Source: an uncultured Hormoscilla sp. (lineage in GTDB: Bacteria > Cyanobacteriota > Cyanobacteriia > Cyanobacteriales > Desertifilaceae). From it: DNA of 64,000 nt. The notes under the pieces are model-generated. The model searched no databases and was not told the origin of the DNA. It was given only the letters and a program-made list of their open reading frames with translations. The DNA is taken from the NCBI GenBank assembly GCA_963921275.4, contig OZ001293.3:4096001-4160000 (forward strand). Reading direction: 5' to 3'. This document shows positions 30,993 through 42,373 of this stretch, one piece after another (the stretch's first letter is position 1; each line of letters opens with the position of its first letter). Both the position numbers and the translations under genes were made by a program.

Positions 30993-33290
30993 ATGAGTTC
31001 ACCGCAAAATCAAAATAAGCCTCGGACAATCTTGGGAGCCATTACCCAAGCAGCACAGACGATGCCAGCTAAGGTGGTAAATTTTTCCCAACTGGCCCTC
31101 AAGCAAAAGGCGAGGGTGCCGAAACTGCTAGTACAGGAGGCGGATGGTTCCAAACCAGAAGTATATCCCCTACTGGGCGATCGCTTCTTGCTGGGAAGGA
31201 GTTCGAGCAATTGCGACATAGTAGTGCGAAACACGAATGTCAGCAAAATTCATCTGTCTTTGTCGCGGGACTCCAAGCAGGGCACCCCTTTTACAATCAA
31301 AGACGAAAGATCTACCAATGGCATCTATCGGGGTAAGCGGCGAATTAGCCAGCAGAAGCTGCGCCATGGCGACCAGTTTACTCTCGCACCACCAGAACTA
31401 AAGGATGCCGTCACAATTAAGTATCTGGATCCAGCACCCTGGTATATTCGGGGGGCGATATACACCGGTTACGGGATAGGGGGAGTCACAGCAATAGTGG
31501 TAGCGTTAATTCTCAACGAGTGGCGGAAATTCGACGTTAACCCACTACCAATCTCGGTGCAAGGACCGGTAATAGTCTATGCTCGGGACGGACAGACTCC
31601 CCTAGTACCGCCTCGGAATGACGCTCACAGAGAATTGCAGGAATTATCAGACTTTTCTTCCTACCTGCCAAAAGCGGTAGTAGCATCAGAGGATTCGCGC
31701 TACTACTGGCACCTCGGAGTCGATCCGATCGGGATTATCCGGGCCATAATAGTCAATTGGCGTGGGGGTGAAATCCGGGAAGGAGCGAGCACAGTGACGC
31801 AACAGTTAGCTCGCAGCTTGTTTAGAGACTATGTCGGCACGGAAGACAGCGCGGCCCGCAAGATTCGCGAAGCCCTAGTTGCCCTGAAGCTAGAATTCGT
31901 TTACTCGAAAAAGTATTTGATGCTGGCTTATTTGAACCGGGTATACATGGGCAGTGGCAACTATGGATTTGAAGATGCGGCCCAATTCTACTTCGACAAG
32001 TCAGGGGCCGATTTAACCTTGTCAGAAGCAGCGACCTTGGTGGGAATTTTGCCAGCACCCAATAGTTATAATCCAGCTAGAAATGAAGAGTTAGCTCGCA
32101 GGCAGCGGAATGGGGTGATCGAGCGGATGCTGGATTTGGGGATGATTACCACCGAAGATGCCAGGCGGGCCAGGCGATCGATAATAGAAGTGAGCCCGAA
32201 AGCCAAACTGGAGTTTCAGTCCACGATCGCGCCTTATTTTTACGATTACGTGTTCAGCGAACTGGAGGATTTGTTAGGAACGGAGGTAGCCAGAGAAGGG
32301 AACTTTATCATCGAAACAGGTCTGCACCCAAAGATGCAAGCCCAGTCGGAAGTAGCGCTGCGCGAAACGATGAATAATCAGGGGAGATATCTGGGATTTG
32401 ACCAAGGAGCAGTCGTTACCCTTGACGCTAGAACAGGCGAAATCATGGCGATGAACGGGGGTGTAGATTACACGAAAAGTCAGTTCAATCGCGCAACCCA
32501 GGCCCTGCGACAGCCAGGTTCTACTTTCAAAATATTTACTTATGCAGCGGCGATCGCCCAAGGAATTTCCCCTAAAAAGACCTATTCCTGCGCCCCCTTA
32601 CCCTGGGGAGGTGTAAGTTATAGTGCCTGCGAACGGAGTGCGGGCTATGTAGATATGTACACGGGGATGGCGCTGTCAGAAAATGCGATCGCCCTGCGGG
32701 TGGCGCAAAATGTGGGTCTAGACAAAGTGGTGGAAATGGCAAGACGACTGGGCGTGCGATCGGAACTTAAAGCCGTACCCGGTCTAGTATTAGGTCAAAG
32801 TGAAGTCAAGCTGCTGGAGATGGCGGGAGCTTATGCAGTCTTAGCAAATAGAGGTATCCGCAATCGTCCCCACGCAATTAGAGAGATTCTCGATAGTAGT
32901 GATTGTAGGGATCCTAACGATCTGGGCACTTGCCGGGTAATTTATAAATACAACACAGAGGCAAACCAGAAGGTGATAGATCCAAAGATTGCCGATACCA
33001 TGACCAAGATGCTCCAGGGAGTCGTGCAAGGGGGAACTGGTAGCGCCGCTTATATCGGACTGGGAGAAGAAGCAGGGAAAACTGGCACCACGAATGATGG
33101 TGTGGATTTGTGGTTTATTGGTTACCTATCCAAACGGCAGATTGTGACTGGCGTCTGGCTAGGCAACGATAACAACTCTGCCACCAACGGCAGTAGCTCG
33201 ATCTCGGCCCAACTCTGGGGCCAATATATGCGTAAATTCTTCCCCCCACCAAAAAAACCTGGTGCTTCCTCACCTCCATCGGTAGAGTAG
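30993..33290 (+). CDS. FHA-domain class A penicillin-binding protein (PBP1A-like)
   Basis: FHA (GR..S..H..S.NG), transglycosylase EDSRY / GASTVTQQLAR, transpeptidase STFK, SEN, KTG. Confidence 0.92.
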   Translation: MSSPQNQNKPRTILGAITQAAQTMPAKVVNFSQLALKQKARVPKLLVQEADGSKPEVYPLLGDRFLLGRSSSNCDIVVRNTNVSKIHLSLSRDSKQGTPFTIKDERSTNGIYRGKRRISQQKLRHGDQFTLAPPELKDAVTIKYLDPAPWYIRGAIYTGYGIGGVTAIVVALILNEWRKFDVNPLPISVQGPVIVYARDGQTPLVPPRNDAHRELQELSDFSSYLPKAVVASEDSRYYWHLGVDPIGIIRAIIVNWRGGEIREGASTVTQQLARSLFRDYVGTEDSAARKIREALVALKLEFVYSKKYLMLAYLNRVYMGSGNYGFEDAAQFYFDKSGADLTLSEAATLVGILPAPNSYNPARNEELARRQRNGVIERMLDLGMITTEDARRARRSIIEVSPKAKLEFQSTIAPYFYDYVFSELEDLLGTEVAREGNFIIETGLHPKMQAQSEVALRETMNNQGRYLGFDQGAVVTLDARTGEIMAMNGGVDYTKSQFNRATQALRQPGSTFKIFTYAAAIAQGISPKKTYSCAPLPWGGVSYSACERSAGYVDMYTGMALSENAIALRVAQNVGLDKVVEMARRLGVRSELKAVPGLVLGQSEVKLLEMAGAYAVLANRGIRNRPHAIREILDSSDCRDPNDLGTCRVIYKYNTEANQKVIDPKIADTMTKMLQGVVQGGTGSAAYIGLGEEAGKTGTTNDGVDLWFIGYLSKRQIVTGVWLGNDNNSATNGSSSISAQLWGQYMRKFFPPPKKPGASSPPSVE

Positions 33291-33584
33291 GATAGGCACA
33301 GATCCTGTCCGATGAGGGACTGGGCATCATCTGGTCCGGGTACTGAGCCCCAAGATAGCACCGGTTATAAGTGTAATAAAAGTTAACATATTTGGGGCAG
33401 CCAAAGCCGAATGCCAAGGCTATCATGAGAAAATAGCTGTGGGATAATGCCTATATAGTCGAGGAAGTAAGGTTCGGCAACAGAGCAGTAGAATTGCTAG
33501 TAATAGTAAAACGCAGGTTCCCATGGGACCGGATCTAGCGCCTGGCGCAGTACGTAAACGAGAATCAGTTTGGTGGAGAGAAAC

Positions 33585-33884
33585 GTGACGATTTACATTG
33601 GGAACTTGTCCTTTGAGGCGGAAGAAGACGACTTACGGAATATATTTGACGAATACGGGAAGGTAAGCCGCGTTAGCATGCCGAAGGACCGGGAGACGGG
33701 AAAGAAGCGAGGTTTTGCCTTTGTGGAGATGGATTCAGACGAGGAAGAAGAAAAGGCGATCGAGGAACTAGATAACGCCGAATGGATGGGTCGCATCATC
33801 AAAGTGAATAAAGCCAAGCCAAAAGAAAATAGGGGGGGCCGATCGGGTGGTGGTGGCTTTCCCAGAGAGAGAACGCGCTACTAA
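33585..33884 (+). CDS. rbp: RRM RNA-binding protein (Rbp family)
   Basis: GTG start, TIYIGNLS (RNP2), RGFAFVEM (RNP1), Gly/Arg tail. Confidence 0.92.
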   Translation: MTIYIGNLSFEAEEDDLRNIFDEYGKVSRVSMPKDRETGKKRGFAFVEMDSDEEEEKAIEELDNAEWMGRIIKVNKAKPKENRGGRSGGGGFPRERTRY

Positions 33885-33966
33885 CCGCTGCATCACCGTT
33901 AATTGCCAATAGCTAAGAGCAAAAACAAATTAGCCTCGTTACCACTGGCGACCCCTGGGAACGCAA

Positions 33967-34485
33967 TTAGCCAAGAAAACGACTGGCCATCTTCATAGCG
34001 TCAGCAATGTCAACATCACCATCCCCATCGGCATCCAAAAAGCTGCTCAGTACAGAATTGCCACCTTCGGGATTATCAGTTTCGCTGCCAGTTTGCAGCA
34101 GATTCAGGACCAAAGGGAGGACAGCCGGTAGCAGAGATTGAATGGTGTCCTCTGGCAGTCCGGTCTTTTGAGATGCAACTTCTACGATCTGTTGCACTTG
34201 AGGTAAGGTAAAAAGTGCCCGAACTGCTAGGGGGTTGGCTAAAGTGCCGCTAAATTGATTGACAAGAGACTGCACCTGGTTGTCACCTTCAGAATCTCGT
34301 TTTTCTTTTAAGGAAGAGCGGGTAAAGCTGCCGACAATTGACATCAGAGATTGCATTTGGTCAAAACTGGCACCAGAGTTGCCAGAGAGCATCTGTGCCG
34401 CGCCGAAAATATCACCCAGCTGACTAGGACTAGTTTGCTTAGTAGGGCTGCTGATGGCACCCATAATACTGTCGAAAAGTCCCAT
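33967..34485 (-). CDS. DUF937-like protein with C-terminal EF-hand-like motif
   Basis: MGLFDSIMGAI...FLDADGDGDVDIAD. Confidence 0.75.
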   Translation of the reverse strand: MGLFDSIMGAISSPTKQTSPSQLGDIFGAAQMLSGNSGASFDQMQSLMSIVGSFTRSSLKEKRDSEGDNQVQSLVNQFSGTLANPLAVRALFTLPQVQQIVEVASQKTGLPEDTIQSLLPAVLPLVLNLLQTGSETDNPEGGNSVLSSFLDADGDGDVDIADAMKMASRFLG

Positions 34486-34871
34486 AATTTTTACCTCCTG
34501 TTGCGGTTGAATCTTTGTTAATTGGGGTGGTGTCACACTGGTAGTGGGACCGATGAGCAATCATTACTCAATCGGGAATTACTTCCCCACAATAGCGAGT
34601 AGAAGAAAATTATACAGTTGAATAGTGAGCGATCGTCACTTCTTATTAATGAAAATATAGGGAGTAAACTAAAACAGCACTCTCAATCATGGCCGAGATC
34701 CTGTGGGCTGTAACCGGACGGGAGCGGTTGTAGCTAAAATATATCATAGATCCCTCCTAACCCCCGGATCCCCCCCTAACCCCCCTTAATAAGGTTAATA
34801 AGGGGGGGAACCGCTTATTAAGGGGGGGACCGCTTCCCCCGATCGCCCGCTGATAGCTGCGCACTGCAATC

Positions 34872-36497
34872 ATGAAACTGTCTCGCCTGTTGACGCTGAT
34901 TATCGGTCTGACCGTAATCTTAGGGCTAATGCTGTGGATGATCGATACCCTGCGTTGGTTCTACTGGCAGATTTCTTATTCATCTCCCCTGCTGGGTACT
35001 ATTGTGCTGCTGTTGCTGATCCTGCTGCTAGGACTGGTAATCGCAGCTTTTGTCTATTACGTGCTGCTGTTTGGGGGGGCTGGCAGCAAAAAGGGCCAGC
35101 GCTATGTGAAGCCGAAAGTGCCTCAAGCTAAGAATGAGGCGGCTTCCGAAACACTCCGGGCCGTGCGCAAACAGGCCGAGCAAATTCAGGATAAGGTGGC
35201 CCGACAGGCTTTAATTGAGCGATCGCGCCAGATAGAAGGTAGCCTGCAAGCAGGGGTGTTGCGGGTGGTGGTGTTTGGCACTGGTTCAGCGGGGAAGTCT
35301 TCGGTGGTGAACGCGCTGCTGGGCCGGATGGTGGGGCAGGTGTCCGCACCCATGGGAACTACGGAAGCGGGGCAAACCTACAGCCTCCAGCTGAAGGGGT
35401 TGGACTGGCAGATTTTGATTACCGATACTCCAGGGATTTGCGAAGCAGGTGTGGCGGGAACCGAGCGGGAACAGCAGGCCCGAGAGTTAGCGACAGTAGC
35501 AGATTTACTGTTGTTCGTGGTGGATAATGACCTGCGCCAGTCGGAATACGAACCCTTGCGGACTTTGGCACAGATTGGCAAGCGATCGCTACTAGTGCTG
35601 AACAAAACGGACCTGTATCCCCCGGAGGAAATGGAAGCGATTCTGGGGCGTCTGCGGGAACGGGTGCAGGGGTTGATTCCTGGCAATGATGTGGTAGCCT
35701 GTGCGGCTAATCCCCCAGAGGTGGTACTGGACAGCGGCAGTATATTTCAGCAGGAACCGGACGTGATGCCTTTAATCCGCAGGCTAGCTGCGGTGCTGCG
35801 AGCCGAAGGAGAAGATTTGGTCGCGGACAATATTTTACTGCAAAGCAGCGCCTTGTCAGAGGAAGCAAGGCGGATTATCGACGCCCAGCGCAAGCGTCAG
35901 GCGGACAAAATTGTCGAGCAGTTTCAGTGGATAGGTGGTGGCGCGATCGCGGTCACGCCATTGCCAGTGGTAGATTTATTGGCAACTGCGGCGGTAAACG
36001 CTCAGATGGTAGTAGAAATCGGCAAAATCTACGGCTGCGAGCTCAATATGGAACGGGGACGAGAACTGGCCTTGTCTCTGGCGAAAACTTTGGCCAGTTT
36101 AGGCATTGTCGAGGGAGCATTAAAGTTGGTGACTGCGGCATTACAATTGAATGTGGCCACTTTTGCGATCGGGAAGGCAATTCAGGGAGTGACTGCGGCT
36201 TATCTGACCCGGATTGCTGGTAAGAGTTTTATAGAATATTTTTGTCACGATCAAGATTGGGGTGATGGGGGGATAATTGAGGTGGTGCAGCAGCAATTTC
36301 AGCTCAACCGCCGGGATGAGTTTGTCAAGGTCTTTATTCAAGATGCGATCGCGCGAGTCGTCCAACCTTTGAGCGATCGATTCTATTTCGTAGAAGAGGA
36401 AAAGGAACAGTCGGAACCGGCGTCACCCGCACCTATAAGCAAGTTTGAGCCCCTGGATGATTGGTCCGAACCGCCACAGATCCAGGATGATTGGTAG
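34872..36497 (+). CDS. Membrane-anchored GTPase with DUF697 (YcjF-like)
   Basis: GTGSAGKSS, DTPG, NKTD; N-terminal TMs; TPLPVVDLLA. Confidence 0.85.
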   Translation: MKLSRLLTLIIGLTVILGLMLWMIDTLRWFYWQISYSSPLLGTIVLLLLILLLGLVIAAFVYYVLLFGGAGSKKGQRYVKPKVPQAKNEAASETLRAVRKQAEQIQDKVARQALIERSRQIEGSLQAGVLRVVVFGTGSAGKSSVVNALLGRMVGQVSAPMGTTEAGQTYSLQLKGLDWQILITDTPGICEAGVAGTEREQQARELATVADLLLFVVDNDLRQSEYEPLRTLAQIGKRSLLVLNKTDLYPPEEMEAILGRLRERVQGLIPGNDVVACAANPPEVVLDSGSIFQQEPDVMPLIRRLAAVLRAEGEDLVADNILLQSSALSEEARRIIDAQRKRQADKIVEQFQWIGGGAIAVTPLPVVDLLATAAVNAQMVVEIGKIYGCELNMERGRELALSLAKTLASLGIVEGALKLVTAALQLNVATFAIGKAIQGVTAAYLTRIAGKSFIEYFCHDQDWGDGGIIEVVQQQFQLNRRDEFVKVFIQDAIARVVQPLSDRFYFVEEEKEQSEPASPAPISKFEPLDDWSEPPQIQDDW

Positions 36498-36878
36498 CTA
36501 CTCTACGCCCCGCGCCCCGACGCCCGAACCCTAAAGGGTCCGGCAGTTACAAAGCCCGCCTGCGCGGGCTAGATTATATTAAAGTGCGATCGCATTTTTT
36601 GTAGGTTGGGTTGAAGCATGGATGCTGTTGGCGAAATCCATCTCGAAAGACGAATAAGAGCGTGCTACAAGAACGAGAAATCTTTACTTGGGCGATTAGT
36701 AATACTCAATGTAAGATGCTTGGTAGCACATTCGCCAACAGTATCAAGCATGAAACCCAACCAGAACATCCTGTCGGACGGACAATAATTCCTGGCAGCA
36801 GAATAACGATCGCTTCTCTCAATCCTGGGATATAATAGAGGCGATCGATACCCACCCTAAAGCAATAAGCAAGTCGCT

Positions 36879-37127
36879 ATGACCAGAAAAAATCTATTAT
36901 CTCGGATTTCTATCGATCCGAATATCTGCTTTGGCAAACCTTGTATTCGGGGGCATCGCATTTGGGTTTCCCTAATCCTTGATTTCTTAGCCAGCGGGAT
37001 GACAATTTCCGAACTGCTTGAAGAGTATCCGGGTATAGAACGAGATGACATTCTTGCTTGTATTGCCTACGGCGCTGAGATGGCACGGGATCATTATATT
37101 GAGATTCCTCTGGAGGCGAAAAAGTGA
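36879..37127 (+). CDS. DUF433 antitoxin-like protein
   Basis: RISIDPNICFGKPCIRGHRI...ELLEEYP...DILACIAY. Confidence 0.9.
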   Translation: MTRKNLLSRISIDPNICFGKPCIRGHRIWVSLILDFLASGMTISELLEEYPGIERDDILACIAYGAEMARDHYIEIPLEAKK

Positions 37128-37495
37128 ACATAAAGCTTGACGAAAATCTTGGTAGCGGTCGAGTTGTAGCACGGTTACGTCTGGCAGGGCATGATGTAGC
37201 TACAGTGGAAGAACAAGGTCTGAATTCTACGCCTGATGTGGAATTAATTGATATTTGTCGCCAAGAAGGCAGATGTTTAGTTACTTTAGATCGGGGCTTT
37301 GGTAACCGCATCCGCTATAAACCTTCTGATTATGCTGGAATTGTTGTGCTACGCTTGCCACCGCAACCCACCCCAGAAAACTTGCGGGAAGTAGTGGAAA
37401 CCTTAATCCGTGGGTTGGATGCCGCAGAAATCGAGGGTAAACTATGGATTATCCAGCGCGGGACTATTCAGGAGTATCAAGCATATTCAGAATAA
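37124..37495 (+). CDS. DUF5615 PIN-like toxin
   Basis: IKLDENL, GHDV, D.ELI...EGRCLVTLDRGF; overlaps the DUF433 stop. Confidence 0.88.
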   Translation: MNIKLDENLGSGRVVARLRLAGHDVATVEEQGLNSTPDVELIDICRQEGRCLVTLDRGFGNRIRYKPSDYAGIVVLRLPPQPTPENLREVVETLIRGLDAAEIEGKLWIIQRGTIQEYQAYSE

Positions 37496-37639
37496 TTTGT
37501 CTTGCCCGGGGTGAGGTTAATCTACAAAAAAGAGAATTTGTGAGAAGCAGCGCGACAATAAGCGGAGATATTTTTGGGAGGAAAAGGACCATATAGTAAC
37601 GTGGGCATTGGGAGATCCGTCATTCGTGCAGGATTTGTG

Positions 37640-37970
37640 AAAGTGCGATCGCATTTTTTGTAGGTTGGGTTGAAGCATGAAACCTAACATTGACATCCTG
37701 GAGGGCGAACAATAATTCCTGGCAGCAGAATAACGATCGCATTTTTTGTAGGTTGGGTTGAAGCATGAAACCCAAAATTGACATCCTGGAGGGCGGACAA
37801 TAATTCCTGGCAGCAGAATAACGATCGCATTTTTTGTAGGTTGGGTTGAAGCATGAAACCCAAAATTGACATCCTGGAGGGCGGACAATAATTCCTGGTA
37901 GCAGCAGAACGATCGCTTCTCTCAATCCTGGGATATAATAGAGGCGATCGGTACCCACCCTAAAGCAATA
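37640..37970. repeat. REP-like tandem repeats (~87 bp) plus duplicated toxin-antitoxin upstream region
   Basis: CGATCGCATTTTTTGTAGGTTGGGTTGAAGCATGAAACC x3; matches 36580-36866. Confidence 0.8.
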
Positions 37971-38040
37971 ATACCATTTGCAAAAAATGTTGCTACAATT
38001 CGTACCCTCTAATTTGCTCTCTTCGCTATCAGCCCGCCTT

Positions 38041-38084
38041 CGGTGTATCGTGGGAGCGCTATTCGCACTACCCACGATACACCG
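38041..38084. repeat. CG-bounded mini-hairpin element (net 42 nt)
   Basis: CG-GTGTATCGTGGG-AGCGCTATTCGCACTA-CCCACGATACAC-CG. Confidence 0.8.
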
Positions 38085-38213
38085 AGGGTTCAAACCCCCT
38101 ACGTTCTCAGGCGGGAGCCAGGGAACGAGGCTAAAGTCGGTTAAAACCGACTAACAGGATACTGCTCAAAAAAATGTAACATATTTTTTATGAAATGGGA
38201 TAAGCAAGTCGCT

Positions 38214-38425
38214 ATGACCAGAAAAAATCTCTGATCTCGGATTTCTATCGATCGCAATATCTGCTTTGGCAAACCTTGTATTCGGGGGCATAGGATCTGG
38301 GTTTCTCTAATTCTTGACTTCTTAGCTAGCGGGATGACTATTTCGGAACTGCTTGCAGAATATCCTGGTATAGAACGAGATGACATCCTCGCTTGTATTG
38401 CCTACGGCGCTGAGATGGCACGGGA
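38214..38425 (+). pseudogene. Second DUF433 copy with early stop and no toxin partner
   Basis: Close nucleotide match to 36879-37090; TGA at codon 7. Confidence 0.8.
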
Positions 38426-39126
38426 TTCCTATGTCGAAAGCAACTAAAGGCAGAGTCTTCAGAAATCGGGCGATCGATCGCCTGTTGCGGTATGGTAAGA
38501 TTTGCGATCGCAGGGCAATAAAAAGCGGGGATATTTTTTGCTGCCAGCACATTCACCAGTAGACCAGAAACCCGGTAGGTCGTAAAAAGGGTGCGGTCAC
38601 AAGTAGTTTGAAGTCTGCAGACTCATAACCGGTTTGGTGCGACCTGCTGCAGGTGCTGAGAGACCAAAATTGATAAAGAAACCCGGTTTCACCGCTTACC
38701 GCCCCCACGGGAGTATCCTCCGACAAGCGCAAATATGATTTACTCCGAAGCATATTTACTTTATCTCTCAGCAAATATGATTGGCACCGAAGCATATTTG
38801 CTTTGGTCATTTTAAATAATATTTGCCGCCGAGCAAATATTATCTGCCGCCGAGCAAATACCATCTAGGCCTGCCGATCTATGTAATGATCCGGAGTTTT
38901 CCCGGGATCCCCCGACTAGATAGATACTAGACCTGGCGTCCGCCAGTCAGATGACGACGGGTGTAGTCTTGCACCAGTTGGTAAAAAAATACTACACCCA
39001 CTTCTGGTGGGCAGTGCTGGCAGTGCCCCACCTTAGGAATGCAACGACAAATGAGCCGCACCCTCGTAAAAACCGGGTTTCTTGATTCTTTATTGCGATC
39101 GGACCGGGGGAGAATTATTTCGGACA

Positions 39127-39666
39127 CTACTCCCTGGAATCTTTGGCAAAACCATTCTCAGCAGGAGCATTTCTTAAGTTTACATCCTGCTGAGAATCTG
39201 CCGCCGGGTTTTGGATAGAGAGTTCTGGGGGTAGCGGGATAGTTATTTGCAGGTTTACACCAATTTTTATTTGATTGTTATCAAAACTTATATTAGTTAT
39301 ATTAACCACATTATTTCCTAGCGAACCATCACTGACTGGTAATTTAGTAGGGAGCTGCGTTTGATATCCAGCATCATCAAGCCACTCAGCAATATCTCTC
39401 CAGTTTTCTATCTTTTCACCGCTTTTGTCTACTAGACTTTTAACGTACTTATATATAGTGGCGCAGAGATCCGTTTCCACGCCCTTGCTATTTTTGCCCA
39501 GCGTGTCAGCGATTTTTGTTGGACTACAGCCACAAAGCAGCCCCCGCAGGTGCAGCTTCTCAACAGGTGTCAGTCGCTTGCCCTTAGCGGAGGCCAAGTC
39601 AGTGTAGAGAGTTTCCAAGTCCCAGTGCTGTGCGGCCTGGGCAAACTGCTCGTTAGTAGATTTCAT
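39127..39666 (-). CDS. HTH-domain protein (vWA-MoxR-associated N-terminal HTH-like)
   Basis: WDLETLYTDLASAKGKRLTPVEKLHLRGLLCG.SP.KIA.......V.TDL...IYKYV. Confidence 0.7.
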   Translation of the reverse strand: MKSTNEQFAQAAQHWDLETLYTDLASAKGKRLTPVEKLHLRGLLCGCSPTKIADTLGKNSKGVETDLCATIYKYVKSLVDKSGEKIENWRDIAEWLDDAGYQTQLPTKLPVSDGSLGNNVVNITNISFDNNQIKIGVNLQITIPLPPELSIQNPAADSQQDVNLRNAPAENGFAKDSRE

Positions 39667-39996
39667 AGTTGGTCTCTTCTAAAATTACTGATAGGATCCT
39701 AACACAATTCCTGATACACACCCGGAGATTACTGTATAAAGCTAGCTTATGATGAATATACAGTAGTTGACAGCGGTGCGATGCTACAGGGAAAGAGGGC
39801 GAGAGAGTCGAAGCTCAAGCAGCCGGTGATGGAAATGGCCATCCGGACGTTACCTCAGCCAAGATACTGTCCAACTGCCGGTGTCGTGCCGCCAAACTGC
39901 TCGTAAGCAGATTTCATAGCTAGTCTCCGCTCAAATTCCTGATTGAATCCTAACATAATCACTGATATCCACCCGGTAATTACTATGTAAAGCTAG

Positions 39997-40893
39997 GGCG
40001 TGTCATCAGTTAGATTAACGATATGGGTCCCCACCAAAAATATATAACAAGATGATTGAGTTGACAACCAGGATATATTGGTGTAATATAAGAGGGTAAA
40101 GGTTAGAGCAGGAGAATTTGAGAAATGCGTCGCTATGCTTTAAGAGATGACCAGTGGGAGAGAATCAGGGATCTATTGCCAGGTCGGGAGGGTTATGTGG
40201 GGGGGACAGCTAAGGATAACCGCTTATTTGTCTATGCTGTCTTGTATCGATATAGAGCTGGGATACCTTGGCGGGACAACTTACCCGAGCGATTTGGGGA
40301 CTTGAGGGTAATTCATACGCGCCATAGTAGGTGGTCAAAATCCGGGGTATGGGAAAGAGTATTCAAGGTACTTGCGTCCGATGCCGATAACGAATATGCG
40401 ATGATTGATGCCACGATATAAAGGGCTCATCAACATAGTGCAGGTGCTCAAAAAAAAGATTGCGACCCAAGCCATCGGACGCCGTAAAGGGGGTTTGAGT
40501 ACCAAAATTCACGCGACCTGTGACGCATTGGGGAACCCAACGGGTTTTCATTTAACAGCCGGTCAAGCTCACGATTTGGAAGGGGCTGATGTGTTACTTG
40601 ATAATATTAAGGCTGATGCGTTACTCGCAGACAAAGCTTCTGATGCTGACGAACGGGTTTTGAAACGTCTTGAAGCCCAGCAATGCGAACCTGTGATTCC
40701 GCCTAAATCCAATCGAAAAGAACAACGCCGTTATGACAAATATCTATACAAAGCACGTCATTTGATTGAGAATTTTTTTGCCAAACTCAAGCAATATCGA
40801 GCCATTGCCACCCGTTACGATAAGAGGGCTCAGAATTTCTTGGGTGCTATCTACCTGGCTGCTACTGTTGTTTGGCTTAACTGATGACACGCC
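39997..40893 (+). mobile_element. IS5 family (IS427-group-like) element, two ORFs with an A-tract frameshift; ORF A has a premature stop
   Basis: TIRs GGCGTGTCATCA / TGATGACACGCC; CTAG duplication; ORFs 40125-40421 and 40405-40884 (YKARHLIENFFAKLKQYRAIATRYDK). Confidence 0.88.
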
Positions 40894-40947
40894 CTAGCTT
40901 ATGATAAGTAAAGTAATGGGAAAATCATACGAAACCGGTCTCTAAAA

Positions 40948-42101
40948 GTGGACTTCTTTGAAATTACTGCCGAGGCTGAAAGCCGCTATGACAGGCACAA
41001 CCTGATTGACTGGTGGGACCAGGCAAAACTCAAGGCTGCCAGAGTGCTGGTGACTGGTGCTGGTGCTTTAGGCAACGAAGTGCTGAAGAATTTGGCCCTG
41101 GTGGGTGTCGGCAATATCACCGTCATTGACTTCGATACGGTCTCGGTCACCAACCTAACTCGGTCCGTCCTGTTTCGAGAATCAGATGTCGGCTTGCCGA
41201 AAGTAGAAGTTGCCCGTAAACGCGCCCTTGAGATTAACCCAGAGATAACAATTGAGGCAATTCACGGCGATCTGGAATTTGACATCGGCATTGGGGATGT
41301 TCGGGAACATGACATTATTATAGGTTGCCTGGACAGCATTAATGCGCGGTGGGCGATTAATCAGCTTGCTTATCGTGCAGTCATTCCCTGGATCAACAGC
41401 GGTATTGGCGTTACTGAGAAGGAAGTAAGTTTTTTCGATCCCAAAACAGAAGCAGCTTGTTATGAATGCACCATATCTAACCGGATGTGGGAGAGGCGCA
41501 ACCAGCGATACTCTTGTCAGGGGATGAAACGGAATCTTCCTGAAGCTGCCATGCCCACGACAGCCCCAATAGCCTCCATAGCTGGTGCGATGCAGGTTCA
41601 CCAAGCACTCCTATATTTCACGGCAAAACAGGACTACTCGATCCAGGGGAAAAAATATTTCTGGGATTAAATCCTTGGACAGCTCTCAAAATGCAAATTC
41701 AGCGTCAGGAGACTTGTCTTGCCCACGACTTATCCATTGAACCGGCAATAGAGATCGAGTACGATCCAAATATGAAGGTGCAAGAAGTTCTGAAACAGTT
41801 AGATACATCGGGATATGCCGAACCAGTTCTCTGGCTACGCAATGAAGTGATAGGCAAGATGACCTGCCATAAGTGCGGGTATGAGGAACAGGCGAACGCT
41901 CCCCTACGCAAATATCAAGAATCCCAGCAAGCTTGCCCCAAGTGTGGTTATGAATCAAGGGATTTTGAAGTAATCAGGAATCTGACTCTAGAAGATTCCT
42001 GCGCCAGCGTTATCTTAGAAGAGTTATGTCTGACGACGAACGAAATACTACACTGCGAGACCGCGAAAGGTCAAATAGCAATTCAATTTCGCCCAGCATA
42101 G
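40948..42101 (+). pseudogene. E1-like ubiquitin-activating enzyme (ThiF/UBA) with C-terminal Zn-ribbon region; single frameshift near 41617
   Basis: RYDRH, GAGALGNE, DFDTV..TNL.R, CYEC, RYSC; the alternate frame HGKTGLLDPGEKIFLGLNPW joins ORF 41691-42101 (CLAH, CHKC, CPKC). Confidence 0.85.
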
Positions 42102-42112
42102 GAGGAGTAAAT

Positions 42113-42373
42113 ATGGCTGATGCACTTTCTGTAGTTGTTCGTATGGCTGATGGAACCCGTAAAGCAGCCGTTAACTTGCCTGGTACTCTCATAATTGGAC
42201 AGCTTGTGCAAACCACACAGCAAAAGTGGAATCTTCCCGCTAATTCCAACTATGCTGTGCGTCTTGAGCGTACAGGTCAACAGTTAGACGCTTCTGCAAC
42301 TCTTAATTCAGTAGGAGTTCAGCCAGACGATGTGCTCTTAATTTTCCCAGTTTTAGAGGCCGGTCAAAAATGA
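42113..42373 (+). CDS. Ubiquitin-like beta-grasp protein (EsaB/YukD-like), 86 aa, ending LEAG-QK
   Basis: ATG behind GGAGGAG; TGQQLDASATLNSVGVQPDDVLLI is a Ubl-like signature; lies between E1 and E2. Confidence 0.8.
   Translation: MADALSVVVRMADGTRKAAVNLPGTLIIGQLVQTTQQKWNLPANSNYAVRLERTGQQLDASATLNSVGVQPDDVLLIFPVLEAGQK

Noticed and set aside
39855..39880. AAGATACTGTCCA resembling an IS110 donor-guide segment
   Set aside because: Too short and lacks the other bridge-RNA elements
40948..41670. ThiF/MoeB cofactor-biosynthesis enzyme
   Set aside because: Its neighbours are Ubl, E2 and JAB rather than thi/moa genes, and there is no rhodanese domain
42026..42112. N-terminal extension of the Ubl ORF (115-aa call)
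   Set aside because: It overlaps the E1 C-terminus; the strong RBS points to the ATG at 42113
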